IMG/VR virus record: IMGVR_UViG_3300032162_000173
Span: 1-60,149 of that record
Strand: one strand, 5' to 3'
Source of the DNA: a virus
Taxonomy: Duplodnaviria; Caudoviricetes
Length of the DNA: 60,149 nt
Within the stretch, counting starts at the first letter, position 1. Each line of letters starts with the position of its first letter. Below the pieces are notes generated by a model that worked only from the letters and a program-made list of their open reading frames with translations, did no database searches and was not told the DNA's origin. Shown one piece after another: positions 26,671-36,554 of this stretch. Made by a program: the position numbers and the translations under genes.

Positions 26671-27672
26671 ATGTTATTCAAAACAACAAAAGAAATAGCC
26701 GAATTCGCGAGTATAGATTCTAATACAAACTTCTACAGCCTTAAATCTACCTTGCAAAAGGTTGAAACAGTACATATAATACCGGTACTTGGCAAAGAAC
26801 TATACGATTCCCTTAATACCGCGTATACTGCAGCAGTTACAGAAAATGAGCTCACTGAAGCTCAAAAAAACCTCCTTGCCCAATGCCGCGGCGTGGCAGG
26901 TCCGTACCTGTGTTATTATTTTGCCCCTAAGTCAGACGTGAAGCTCGGCGACAGCGGCATGCAGCGCCAGGAAACCGGTAGTAATAAAACAGCCTATCAG
27001 GAGCAGCGTATAGAATACCGCGAAGCTAACTTGCGTGAAGGCGAAAGTGCCGTTGAAACATTGCTTGAATTCCTCGAAGAAAACAAATCAACGTACACCC
27101 AATGGGCAGATAGCCGGGCTTTTGCTCAATATCGCAGTCTTTTTATCAGGTCCGGAAAGGAATTTGACGAATTCTTCTCTTCTCATACGCCATACCGCAA
27201 CTTCTGGGCTATCCGCCCAAAAATGGTGGATGTGGAAGAAAATCTAATCCGCCCGGCCATTACCACCCTGCTTTTCGATGTTCTCAAGCAAAAATGCACC
27301 AGCAGCACGGAAACATTAACCGAAAAAGAAGAAAAACTCCTTTTTAAGCTAAAAAAAGCCATTGCATACCTGAGTATTTCCTTCGCAGCGCCTTTTCTTA
27401 ATGTAAGAATTGATGTAAACGGCATCTCTGTATTAGGTCCTATAAGAGCTTCGCGGGATGAAGATGCTAAACGCACATCAGCATCCGATCTGCAGGTAAG
27501 CAATTTTGCAAAAGCAAGCGCCGAAAACGGCAATACCTGGTTGTCAAACGCAGTAAAATACATCACAGAAAACCCTCTTGATTTTCCGATCTGGATAGTT
27601 GTACCCGTAGCAACTATCAGAGAAGAAATATCGGTAAACAAAGAATTAGGCGGATCCTTCGGCATGTTCTGA
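26671..27672 (+). CDS. Putative head-tail connector/adaptor (DUF6712-like)
   Basis: Follows the portal. Two internally repeated helical halves (IIPVLGKELYD / IRPAITTLLFD). Confidence 0.65.
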   Translation: MLFKTTKEIAEFASIDSNTNFYSLKSTLQKVETVHIIPVLGKELYDSLNTAYTAAVTENELTEAQKNLLAQCRGVAGPYLCYYFAPKSDVKLGDSGMQRQETGSNKTAYQEQRIEYREANLREGESAVETLLEFLEENKSTYTQWADSRAFAQYRSLFIRSGKEFDEFFSSHTPYRNFWAIRPKMVDVEENLIRPAITTLLFDVLKQKCTSSTETLTEKEEKLLFKLKKAIAYLSISFAAPFLNVRIDVNGISVLGPIRASRDEDAKRTSASDLQVSNFAKASAENGNTWLSNAVKYITENPLDFPIWIVVPVATIREEISVNKELGGSFGMF

Positions 27673-27690
27673 TGTCTTTGCCTCGTTTTG

Positions 27691-27725
27691 CCCCTCTCCA
27701 TCAGGAGAGGGGTTGGGGTGAGGTC
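27691..27725 (-). repeat. REP-like palindrome
   Basis: CCCCTCTCCATCAGGAGAGGGGTTGGGGTGAGGTC. Confidence 0.8.
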
Positions 27726-27729
27726 TTTT

Positions 27730-27764
27730 GTCCTTTTTGAAAATCCTGTATCCGCCCACATTTG
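27730..27764 (+). promoter_or_regulatory. Putative late promoter
   Basis: GTCCTTT at 27730 and CACATTTG at 27757. Confidence 0.65.
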
Positions 27765-27782
27765 CTTTCAGCATATCAAAAA

Positions 27783-30700
27783 ATGAAAAACCGGTTAATT
27801 AAACTTTTATCAACATCGCTTCTGCTCACAATGTCTTTTGCGGCCATATCGCAAACTAAAGTTACCGATTTGCCAACGCTTACCGGAGACCCTTCCGGCG
27901 GATGGATGCTTATAAATAAAGACGGATTAAGCCGAAAGATTGATGCTGCCAATCTCGGTGTAAAGAAGCTTGACAGTATTTTTCTGCGAAACGACACCCT
28001 GTTTTCAGTAAAAAACGGTTCGATAGTTTCTTTTAATGCATTGCCAAGTTTTGATCCTGCACTGCTCACCGGCCAGGTTAACCACCTTATTGCCAACGAA
28101 GATACAGCAGTTAAAAGTTGGGTAACCAACCAAAACTACCTGAAGACGTATACAGAAATTGATTCCCTTTCAGTTCATATTGCTGACAGCCTCAATATGC
28201 TGCTTCCTTATCTGCGTAAAATTGATACGACGAACAAATGGGCTGCAAAAGTACACCAACATGCAGCTTCTGACGTAACATCCGGAGTTTTTAATCCGGC
28301 GAGGCTTGGTGATATACCTGCCGGCCTTACTGTTGATGCAACTTCCTATTTATCCGGTACAGGGTGGACTAAATTCGCAAACCTCGTACTTGCATCTATC
28401 AGCAATAATAATAATCCTGTAGACATTTACGGTATTGGCAATCCTACAAAAAATGCTGCGTGGGATTATGTGCGGTTCACAACCGGACAAACATTAGACA
28501 ATAACATAGGCGTATTGCTGACAAGCGACGGTGGTGGTGGTGCGCCGCGTGGATTCGGTATAGTGGCTGGCGGCCCTGGGGCACGGCTTTTTCTTGGCAG
28601 CAGTAGTTTACCACGTTGGTGGATTTCCTCTAATTATGATCCGCAAGGGCTTGGTCATTGGCTGCCATACCTCGATAATACTTATGACATAGGAGCTTTG
28701 ACAAACAGGGTAAGGACTATATATACGCAATCACTTAATGTAAATGGAGCAAACATTCTTTTCCCAACTACTCCCGGCAGACTTGTTACAAGTGTAGGAG
28801 GTATAGTTCCAGATTCAACAGGCAATGTTCCCTTCGTTTCAAGCGGAGGAGGATCAACAGGAAATACAAAAGTTTACGGTACTGCGAACAGAATTACTAT
28901 AACTAGTGATACTGCGGCGGGTTATACGGCAAATATTGCTTCTAATTATGACGGGCAAATAAGTATAAAAACCGTTGGTACGATTACGCAAGGCATATGG
29001 AACGGAACACCTTTAGCCGATGCTTCTATAGTCTCCGCACAGACATGGAATACGCATATAGCTAATATGGCTAATCCGCATGGCGTAACTATAACTCAAT
29101 TAGGTTATGGCAACATCAATAATACAAGTGATGCCGACAAACCCATTTCAACCCTCACGGCAAAAGCACTTGCTGCAAAACTTAATATACCCACTCCGAT
29201 AACTCCCTCTACCGGTACAAAAATAACTTATGATGCAAACGGTCTTGTAAAGAGTAGCACAACACTTGCTGTTTCTGACATACCAACCGTCAACCAAAAT
29301 ACCACTGGTACAGCAAGCAATATAACAGGCGTGCTTAACGCCAGTTCTCACCCAGCGCTGCAAGGTGATGTAACCACCACTGCGGGTTCTTTAGCAACCA
29401 CTATTTCAGCAAATGTAGTTACGACTGCAAAGATTATGGATGGTTCAGTAACTACAGCAAAGATCACTGATGGTTCAGTAACTGCAACTAAAATAGCTCC
29501 CTCTGTTCTTGCTGGAAAGCAAAATATATTAGATTTGTTCGGAGGTATTCCTTGGGGATTGGGAAATGGAGTTTTTCGCCTTGCTCAACAGAATGTTGAA
29601 TACATGCAGGGAATGGCTCAGTACTCAACAGGATTGATAAAAAATAATAATGGAGGTTCACCGTCCATTGCGACACTTGGTACAGATTATTCAAATCAAA
29701 CAACAACTGGCCAGCAAGTATTAGATACCATAAAAAAATACGGGCTATCAGATACGTTGGGATTAGATGTATCTGCACCAGGCAAACATACTGTTTTCAG
29801 AAAAGACAGCCTTACAATTGGGTCACGCGGATTGGTAGACGGAGATAATTATTCATGGACATACCCAACCCCAAACACAATTGGGCTTAATATTACAGCT
29901 TCGGGCAGTTCAGGTATTAGGGATACTGTTCCAACAATAGGAAGTAATAACGGAGTAACCTCAGATGCAGTAGCTACGGCCTTAGCAGATAAAGCCTCTC
30001 TCGGTTCGGATGTTGTTTTTACAAAAAGTATTACTATTGGCAATGTTAGTCCAAATGCATCCTATAAATTTTATACCAATAGTGGCAATACAAATATAGC
30101 TCTATTTGAAAGTTCAAACTCCGCTGGAGGAAATGTAAAGTTATACAGAACAACCTTACCAACATCGGCTAATCAAAGAATACAGGAAATTCTATTTGGA
30201 ACATCCGGGCAATCTTCGAGTGGGATAATCGGCATGTATGCTGACTCCCCTCATATTGCAAGCACTTCACTACCAACAGATTTTGCAATTAAGCTTACAC
30301 CGAAAAATTCAACTGTACCGACCGAACGGTTTCGTATTAACTCTGATGGAAGCACTAATATCAATGGAAGCTTATCGTTAGGCTTAACTCCTGACATCTC
30401 CGATAGCTCTAATGCTGTTCAGACGACGGCCGGGACAAAACAGTTATTAGCTGCATATAATACTGGCGGGGTGACAGGAAGCGGCTACGCATATTTGGCA
30501 AAGAATAACTTTTTTACAGGCAAAATGGGAATTGGGGCATCTCCCGACACCGTTAACAATTACATGTTGAATGTAGTGAATGCTTCAAATACCAATACTA
30601 TAAAATTGCAATCCAATCATACTAATGGAGCTTATATGAAACTTGAGTCGCCTATCCCTTCGGCAAGCGACAAAAGACTCGGTGAAATTGGTTTTAGCGG

Positions 30701-31505
30701 GCGCGATGCAGTAACCTCTGCTTCAATTTTGGCATCGTCAGACGGCGCCTGGAACAGCGGAGTTTCGCAGCCCAGCAGGCTAAGCCTTTGGACTACGCCA
30801 TCAGGTTCTATAACTCGCGTCAACAGGCTTACAATTAATAATGCAGGGGATGCTCTTTTTACGGGTAATATTTCTGCAAATAATTATGGAGGAGTGCTTA
30901 ATAATCCATCTGCATTAGCAAGCCCTGGTTTTTATTCGAAGGGCGATGGAGTTGCTTTTGCAAATACAGGCGTTGGTTATGCGGCTGTATTAAAATTATA
31001 TTATCCCGGTAATTTGCAACCTACAATTATTGCGGACGCAGTATCATCTGGTAATATTTTTTGGCAACCAAATTCAGGAAAGCCAGTTGAAAAAATATGG
31101 ACTGATTTTTCACTCCGAAGCAATACGGACAATGATATTAGGTATGCGTATAAAAGCGATATACCAAATGGCTCAGCAGGCATACCAACGGCAACTTTGG
31201 GCTTATCGTCGGTGGTAGGTGGAGGAGCTACTGTAGCATTAACAACAGGCAGCAATGATCTGCAAGGTATTATAACTATTAATACAGGGTCTAATCCTGC
31301 TCCGAGTGTCGGTGGTTTATTGGTAACACTTACTACATCCGCAAATTTAGGTAATGCAGTTGTGATACTTTATCCTGCAAGTTCACAAGCTGCCGACCAA
31401 AAAACTTCCGGCACTTACTCGAATGGTGCTGTAAAAATTTTAGCTTATCCAACTCCTCTGGGTGGAGCCTCTTTGATATATAATTATATAGTCCAAAAAT
31501 TATAA
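27783..31505 (+). CDS. Mosaic tail-fibre-like protein with an N-terminal signal peptide
   Basis: Fibre-type repeats (HQHAASDVTSG, NPHGVT..QLG.GNINNTSDADKPIST, VTTAKI.DGSVT, ERFRINSDG). Starts MKNRLIKLLSTSLLLTMSFAAIS|Q. Confidence 0.7.
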   Translation: MKNRLIKLLSTSLLLTMSFAAISQTKVTDLPTLTGDPSGGWMLINKDGLSRKIDAANLGVKKLDSIFLRNDTLFSVKNGSIVSFNALPSFDPALLTGQVNHLIANEDTAVKSWVTNQNYLKTYTEIDSLSVHIADSLNMLLPYLRKIDTTNKWAAKVHQHAASDVTSGVFNPARLGDIPAGLTVDATSYLSGTGWTKFANLVLASISNNNNPVDIYGIGNPTKNAAWDYVRFTTGQTLDNNIGVLLTSDGGGGAPRGFGIVAGGPGARLFLGSSSLPRWWISSNYDPQGLGHWLPYLDNTYDIGALTNRVRTIYTQSLNVNGANILFPTTPGRLVTSVGGIVPDSTGNVPFVSSGGGSTGNTKVYGTANRITITSDTAAGYTANIASNYDGQISIKTVGTITQGIWNGTPLADASIVSAQTWNTHIANMANPHGVTITQLGYGNINNTSDADKPISTLTAKALAAKLNIPTPITPSTGTKITYDANGLVKSSTTLAVSDIPTVNQNTTGTASNITGVLNASSHPALQGDVTTTAGSLATTISANVVTTAKIMDGSVTTAKITDGSVTATKIAPSVLAGKQNILDLFGGIPWGLGNGVFRLAQQNVEYMQGMAQYSTGLIKNNNGGSPSIATLGTDYSNQTTTGQQVLDTIKKYGLSDTLGLDVSAPGKHTVFRKDSLTIGSRGLVDGDNYSWTYPTPNTIGLNITASGSSGIRDTVPTIGSNNGVTSDAVATALADKASLGSDVVFTKSITIGNVSPNASYKFYTNSGNTNIALFESSNSAGGNVKLYRTTLPTSANQRIQEILFGTSGQSSSGIIGMYADSPHIASTSLPTDFAIKLTPKNSTVPTERFRINSDGSTNINGSLSLGLTPDISDSSNAVQTTAGTKQLLAAYNTGGVTGSGYAYLAKNNFFTGKMGIGASPDTVNNYMLNVVNASNTNTIKLQSNHTNGAYMKLESPIPSASDKRLGEIGFSGRDAVTSASILASSDGAWNSGVSQPSRLSLWTTPSGSITRVNRLTINNAGDALFTGNISANNYGGVLNNPSALASPGFYSKGDGVAFANTGVGYAAVLKLYYPGNLQPTIIADAVSSGNIFWQPNSGKPVEKIWTDFSLRSNTDNDIRYAYKSDIPNGSAGIPTATLGLSSVVGGGATVALTTGSNDLQGIITINTGSNPAPSVGGLLVTLTTSANLGNAVVILYPASSQAADQKTSGTYSNGAVKILAYPTPLGGASLIYNYIVQKL

Positions 31506-31506
31506 A

Positions 31507-34269
31507 ATGAAACATTTATTATTGCTTATACTTTTGTTTTGCTCCTTGCTTTGCAGGGCGAATAAGTATTATTTTTCTTTATCTGGTTCGGACAATAATA
31601 GTTCTACTCAGGCACAAAGCCAAAATACACCTTGGAAGTCAATTAGCCGTCTTAATGATATTGCAAATAACAGTTATTCAGGAGTTGCTGCATTAACTGT
31701 TGCCGATACGCTTTTTTTGAAAATGGGCGATGTCTTTTATGGCTCATTTAATTTCACAAAATCAAACATAAATATTTCAGTGTACGGCACTGGCAACAGG
31801 CCTGTAGTTACTTCATTGCAACAGTTACCCGGACTAACATTATCTGGTACTAATAGGTACAAGAGTTCTGTAATAAATTCGGAAAGTGACCCAAAGTATA
31901 TGTTAGTTGATGGAGTACTCGCGGAAATGGGTCGCTTTCCTAACGCAAACCTCGGTGCTAATGGATGGCTTTTCTCAAGTGGGGTAACTTCTTCAACCGA
32001 AACAATTGGGACAGTGAAATACAGTTATGCAAATCTTCCATATTCAAACTGGACAGGTCTATCAAAACCCTGGAATATAACAGACTGGACAGGAAGTGAA
32101 ATAGTAGTAAGGTTCAATAGGTTTATCTGCAACACTTACACATTGGATAACGCAGACAATTCTGGAAAGCAAACATTTTCGGGAACAAATAATGCCAATA
32201 CAAATTTCAGAGTACCTAAGGGGTCTTCGCTTGAAACAACAGAGGGATTTTTTCTAAGAAATAATTTGGCAACGCTCGACTCGCATACGGAATGGTATTA
32301 TAGTTCTGATAGTAACTTAGCATACATATACTTAACCTTTAGTCCTTCCGGTCACAAAATCGAAATGCCTACCATAGATAATGCTGTAACCACAACAAAT
32401 GCCAGCAATGTATACATATCAGATATAGAATTTAATGGCTATAACAATCAGGGTGTATATGCTACTACTGGTAACACGCTGATACTTAATCGTTGCCGGA
32501 TAAATAACGTTAGAACAGGTATAACAAACAGCGGTACAAACAATCTTAGATTTTTGAACAGCACAATGAATAATGTTCTTCGGTATGGACTATATAAGAA
32601 TAACGTAGGCGGCAGCAATGTGTATCTTGAACATGATACTATAACTAATATTATGCCTTTTTTAGGCAGTAATGTCGGCTATGGCGGAGATGCCGTGTAT
32701 CTTAAAGGTAACGGAGACACTGTATTACATTGTCTTATCAGAAATACCGGTTACAATGGTATAACGTTCGAGTATAGATGTACTAATATACTTATTGCGT
32801 ATAATGTTATTGACAGTTTCGGGCAAAAACTTGACGACGGTGGAGCGATATATACCGTTAATCCATTTCCTGCTCCCACGTTCACATCTTTTAACAGGAT
32901 AGTGAAGCAAAATATTATTCTCAATTCGGCCAACAGTGGATATCCTTTCGTTGGTACTACCGGTATTCCTAATAGCGACATATATCGAGCCCCTCTGTAC
33001 GGAGACGAATTGACAGCTAATGTTGTTTGGGATGGGAATATTGTTGTTGGTTCGTATACGAAAGGGATTTATTTTAATGATGGTCTTAATAACGAGATCA
33101 AAAACAATATTTTCTATAATTATAAAACTTATGGATACGAACACTATAATAAACATGATAGCATTCCTGATCCATCACGGCCGGGGAAAAACAAATTGCT
33201 GGTATTATCAGGTAATAATATACATAATAATACTTTCTACTCAGATGGAACTGGAAGCAGAGCTATCCACATTAATAACAGGCAGAGTGTAAATATTGCT
33301 AATTACGGAAAAATAGATACTAATTATTTTGCTTTTCCACTCAATAAAAATCAGTTGTTCAGGACGGACAATGCCAGCGGAAGCAGCACATATCTATTGC
33401 CGGAGTGGCAGACTAACTACGGACTGGATAAGAACAGTAAGTTGTCACCCTTATATTTTTCAACAACGTCGCCTCCAACCATACCTTCTATACTTGTCTA
33501 TAATGACCATGAGAATGACTCGGTTGTTTCTTTGCAAGGCAAAACTTGGATAAACCCAAAAGGGGTAAAGTTCAATAACAACTCCTTAACCTTAAAGCCT
33601 TTTACAGCAGAAGTTTTGATTTATACGGGTATATATACTTCCAGTACTACATCGCCGCCTTCGGTCAACCTCACAAGTCCGGCAGATGGAACTACGTTTA
33701 AGAAACCAGTTTCAATAACAATCTCCGCAAATGCAACAGATCAAGACGGAACGATAACAAAAGTAGAGTTTTACAATGGAAATACTCTTTTAGGAACTGA
33801 CCTTACAAGTCCTTATAACTATACATGGAGTAATGTTGATACAGGCAGCTACACAATAACAGCAAAAGCTTACGATAATACTTCCCTTACAACATCTTCC
33901 ACGGTTGATATTATGGTTACCGCGACAGCATTGCCCCTTATCAATATTACACTGCCTACAGGCAACCCTACATATTATTACCCGGAGAGCATTAATATAA
34001 ACGTAAATGCACGCACATTAGACCCCGGAGATTCGGTATACAGGGTTGATTATTATAACGGTAGCACCAGGCTGCATAGCGAGACAAATTATCCTTTTTC
34101 GTGGACGTGGGAAAATGTTCAACCCGGGAATTACACGATTACAGCAATTGCCGTGAGCGGGGTAACTAATCTGTCATCACAGCCAGCTATGCAAAATATA
34201 ACAGTATTACCAACACCAGTACAAACAACACAAAAATTTAGAAAGTTCAAATTTTCACGAATAAAATAA
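31507..34269 (+). CDS. Secreted-type right-handed beta-helix protein with two C-terminal Ig-like domains (putative depolymerase/adhesin)
   Basis: Signal peptide, YYFSLSGSDNN...PWKSI, DGGAIY and Asn-rich beta-helix repeats. PSVNLTSP...ATDQDGTITKVEFYNG...YTITAKAYD Ig repeats. Confidence 0.8.
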   Translation: MKHLLLLILLFCSLLCRANKYYFSLSGSDNNSSTQAQSQNTPWKSISRLNDIANNSYSGVAALTVADTLFLKMGDVFYGSFNFTKSNINISVYGTGNRPVVTSLQQLPGLTLSGTNRYKSSVINSESDPKYMLVDGVLAEMGRFPNANLGANGWLFSSGVTSSTETIGTVKYSYANLPYSNWTGLSKPWNITDWTGSEIVVRFNRFICNTYTLDNADNSGKQTFSGTNNANTNFRVPKGSSLETTEGFFLRNNLATLDSHTEWYYSSDSNLAYIYLTFSPSGHKIEMPTIDNAVTTTNASNVYISDIEFNGYNNQGVYATTGNTLILNRCRINNVRTGITNSGTNNLRFLNSTMNNVLRYGLYKNNVGGSNVYLEHDTITNIMPFLGSNVGYGGDAVYLKGNGDTVLHCLIRNTGYNGITFEYRCTNILIAYNVIDSFGQKLDDGGAIYTVNPFPAPTFTSFNRIVKQNIILNSANSGYPFVGTTGIPNSDIYRAPLYGDELTANVVWDGNIVVGSYTKGIYFNDGLNNEIKNNIFYNYKTYGYEHYNKHDSIPDPSRPGKNKLLVLSGNNIHNNTFYSDGTGSRAIHINNRQSVNIANYGKIDTNYFAFPLNKNQLFRTDNASGSSTYLLPEWQTNYGLDKNSKLSPLYFSTTSPPTIPSILVYNDHENDSVVSLQGKTWINPKGVKFNNNSLTLKPFTAEVLIYTGIYTSSTTSPPSVNLTSPADGTTFKKPVSITISANATDQDGTITKVEFYNGNTLLGTDLTSPYNYTWSNVDTGSYTITAKAYDNTSLTTSSTVDIMVTATALPLINITLPTGNPTYYYPESININVNARTLDPGDSVYRVDYYNGSTRLHSETNYPFSWTWENVQPGNYTITAIAVSGVTNLSSQPAMQNITVLPTPVQTTQKFRKFKFSRIK

Positions 34270-34275
34270 AATGAT

Positions 34276-34899
34276 ATGAAAAAATTATTTGTAATAGTAA
34301 TGATGCTGGCAAGCCTGTCCGGGTTCGCCCAAATAACAGTTAAAAAAGCACCCTTTAATTTAAAGGGTTTGAGTTACATAACTCCGCAATCCGCAACAGT
34401 AAAAGGAGTGCAGGAAGTAACGTTGAATTTCAATGAAAAGAAATTGCCGGTATCCGATTTGCAGGCGATTGAGTTTTTAAAGAAGACTAACAATTCGGAC
34501 TTTGTTGTCTTTCAAAAAAACGTATTGGCTACTGTAAAAATATTGCAGGATAGCGTGAAAAGTATGACTGCACAAATTGCGGTTTTGAAAAGTACAAAAC
34601 CGGGTGGATTAGTCAGTCCGGTCTATGATGCGGCAATTAATCTGATGCAAAAATCAATTGCGTCAAAAGCAGACAGCAGCGCAATTGCAAGATTACCAGA
34701 ACTAAGCTTTCCAGATTTCAATATTACCGGGGATGGCCTTCATTATACCATTTCAGCAGCACCCAAACGCGTTACGTTAGCTCAAAGACTGGCAATGAAA
34801 AATCAGGAACCGGGGCTATTAGTATGGCAGACTGACGGTAACAGGATTGGAGAATACCGTTTTAGTCCTGAAATAAACGATTGGGTTTTTAAACCTTAA
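34276..34899 (+). CDS. Hypothetical protein with a signal peptide
   Basis: MKKLFVIVMMLASLSGFA|Q. C-terminal PKRVTLAQRLAM...GLLVWQTD is a fibre-like motif. Confidence 0.65.
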   Translation: MKKLFVIVMMLASLSGFAQITVKKAPFNLKGLSYITPQSATVKGVQEVTLNFNEKKLPVSDLQAIEFLKKTNNSDFVVFQKNVLATVKILQDSVKSMTAQIAVLKSTKPGGLVSPVYDAAINLMQKSIASKADSSAIARLPELSFPDFNITGDGLHYTISAAPKRVTLAQRLAMKNQEPGLLVWQTDGNRIGEYRFSPEINDWVFKP

Positions 34900-34909
34900 T
34901 TAATAAAGA

Positions 34910-35842
34910 ATGCAGTTATTAAATGTACCTTTTGTAGCTTCTTATTCAGCAATTTGGATGATAATCATGCAGTTTGCCATTGTTGTACTGCTAATTATTA
35001 TTATCGGTCATGTGGTAGAATGGAAAAAATATATCCCTTATCTTAATAAAGAGACACCTGAAAGCATAGAACAGAAGTTAGCCGGTTTTGATGAAAGCGT
35101 TTTCGCGGAAATTGTAGTAGACGAAAAAGGAATAGTTACAAATGTAAATAAGCAGGCAGAAGAACTATTTCAATATTCAGAGGCAGAATTTAAAGGTTCG
35201 GATTTGCATAAAATAATTCCTTCTGAATATCAAAAGATGCACTCCGAAGGACTTGCAAGAGAAGCTGGTAAAGACACGCCGGATAAAAAATACCTCTTGC
35301 CTGCAATAAAAAAAGACAGCACAAGATTTATGATTGAACTGTTTTTGAGGAAAAGAAAAATAGGTAATAAATGTTATTATTTAGGTGTGGCATTGGATGT
35401 TACTAAACAGGAGGAAGAAAAAAAGGTAAGAGAAGATGAAATAAAACTTTTGAAATTCAAGCTTTCTATTGTTGACAAAGGTGAAGAAATTTCAAATATG
35501 GCAAGTTGGATATGGAACATTAAAACCGGCGAGATAACGGCAAGTGACGGCTATAAGAAAATAACGCATTTGAGTTTTGGCAACTATTACCAGTTCGATA
35601 AAATAACGCCTAAAATATGGGATGGGGACAGGGAAACATTGAACTCAGCATTATATAATGCTACCATAGAAGGGCTGGATTATGACATTACATACAGGCA
35701 AATAAGAATTGACGATTTGCAGGTTGTTCATTTGAGAAGCATTGGGAAAGTAGAAAAAAACGAAGATGGAATACCTGTCTTTTTACACGGCTCTACAAAA
35801 CTTGAAAGGGTTACAAGTATTAAAGATGCTGAAAATTATTAA
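34910..35842 (+). CDS. Membrane-anchored double PAS-domain protein
   Basis: N-terminal TM. PAS1 IVVDEKGIVTNVNKQAEELFQYSEAEFKG...AIKKDSTRF. PAS2 SWIWNIKTGEITASD...YDITYR. No kinase domain. Confidence 0.8.
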   Translation: MQLLNVPFVASYSAIWMIIMQFAIVVLLIIIIGHVVEWKKYIPYLNKETPESIEQKLAGFDESVFAEIVVDEKGIVTNVNKQAEELFQYSEAEFKGSDLHKIIPSEYQKMHSEGLAREAGKDTPDKKYLLPAIKKDSTRFMIELFLRKRKIGNKCYYLGVALDVTKQEEEKKVREDEIKLLKFKLSIVDKGEEISNMASWIWNIKTGEITASDGYKKITHLSFGNYYQFDKITPKIWDGDRETLNSALYNATIEGLDYDITYRQIRIDDLQVVHLRSIGKVEKNEDGIPVFLHGSTKLERVTSIKDAENY

Positions 35843-35845
35843 ATT

Positions 35846-36190
35846 ATGTCAGAAGATAACAGTACCTACCATTGGATATTTGATGGCATTATTGGTTCGC
35901 TGTTTACCTTTTTAGGTATATGGCAAAATAAAAAGTCTAAGAGAGAAAGAGACCAAGTTGAGCGCGCAAGAGATTTGGAAATTTCAAACCAACGTATTGA
36001 GCAACAAAACTCGTGGATTGAAAATCTAAAGAAATCAAACAATGATTTGAGCGAAATCAGCAAAGCGCAGTTAATACAAATTAAAGAACTGCAGCAACAA
36101 AAGGAAGAAGCATTAATCGCTCTGCATCGAAAAGAAATTGAGGACCAAAAAAAGTTCAATATCGAACAATTTAATAAAATAAAAAAATGA
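35846..36190 (+). CDS. Holin/antiholin-like protein (one TM plus coiled coil)
   Basis: N-terminal hydrophobic helix then coiled coil, in the lysis region. Confidence 0.5.
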   Translation: MSEDNSTYHWIFDGIIGSLFTFLGIWQNKKSKRERDQVERARDLEISNQRIEQQNSWIENLKKSNNDLSEISKAQLIQIKELQQQKEEALIALHRKEIEDQKKFNIEQFNKIKK

Positions 36191-36468
36191 AAAACATCTT
36201 AAACAAATTTTTAGGATCATCGCCACGAACCTCAATCATGGGCTTCTTAACAGCTATTGTAATTGTAGTAGCACCTATTATTCAAGACGGAAATTTCGAC
36301 ATCCGCAAGGACTGGAAAAACTTGTTAGCTGCAGTTGCTTCAGTTATTTGGGGCAGGATGCAAAAAGACAGCAACGGCATAACTGCTACCGAAGGTAAAG
36401 AACTGCATGAAACAGTTGAAGAAATTAAACCAATTATCAACCAAACAGAAAATGAAAAGACTAACTAA
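36187..36468 (+). CDS. Putative holin (two TM)
   Basis: Two hydrophobic helices and a charged C-tail, upstream of the endolysin. Confidence 0.6.
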   Translation: MKNILNKFLGSSPRTSIMGFLTAIVIVVAPIIQDGNFDIRKDWKNLLAAVASVIWGRMQKDSNGITATEGKELHETVEEIKPIINQTENEKTN

Positions 36469-36544
36469 TGCAGACCCGGTTAAGGTATTTGTGTTCTTAT
36501 ACCTTTTAGTCGTTACAATTATCTTTTTATTTTCATTCTTTTAA
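36452..36544 (+). CDS. Small hydrophobic peptide (30 aa)
   Basis: Read by hand: MKRLTNADPVKVFVFLYLLVVTIIFLFSFF*. Overlaps the holin stop. Confidence 0.4.
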   Translation: MKRLTNADPVKVFVFLYLLVVTIIFLFSFF

Positions 36545-36554
36545 AAAAAAATTT

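Noticed and set aside
27762-34269. Diversity-generating retroelement targeting the fibre genes
   Set aside because: No reverse transcriptase ORF, and I found no template/variable repeat pair differing at adenines.
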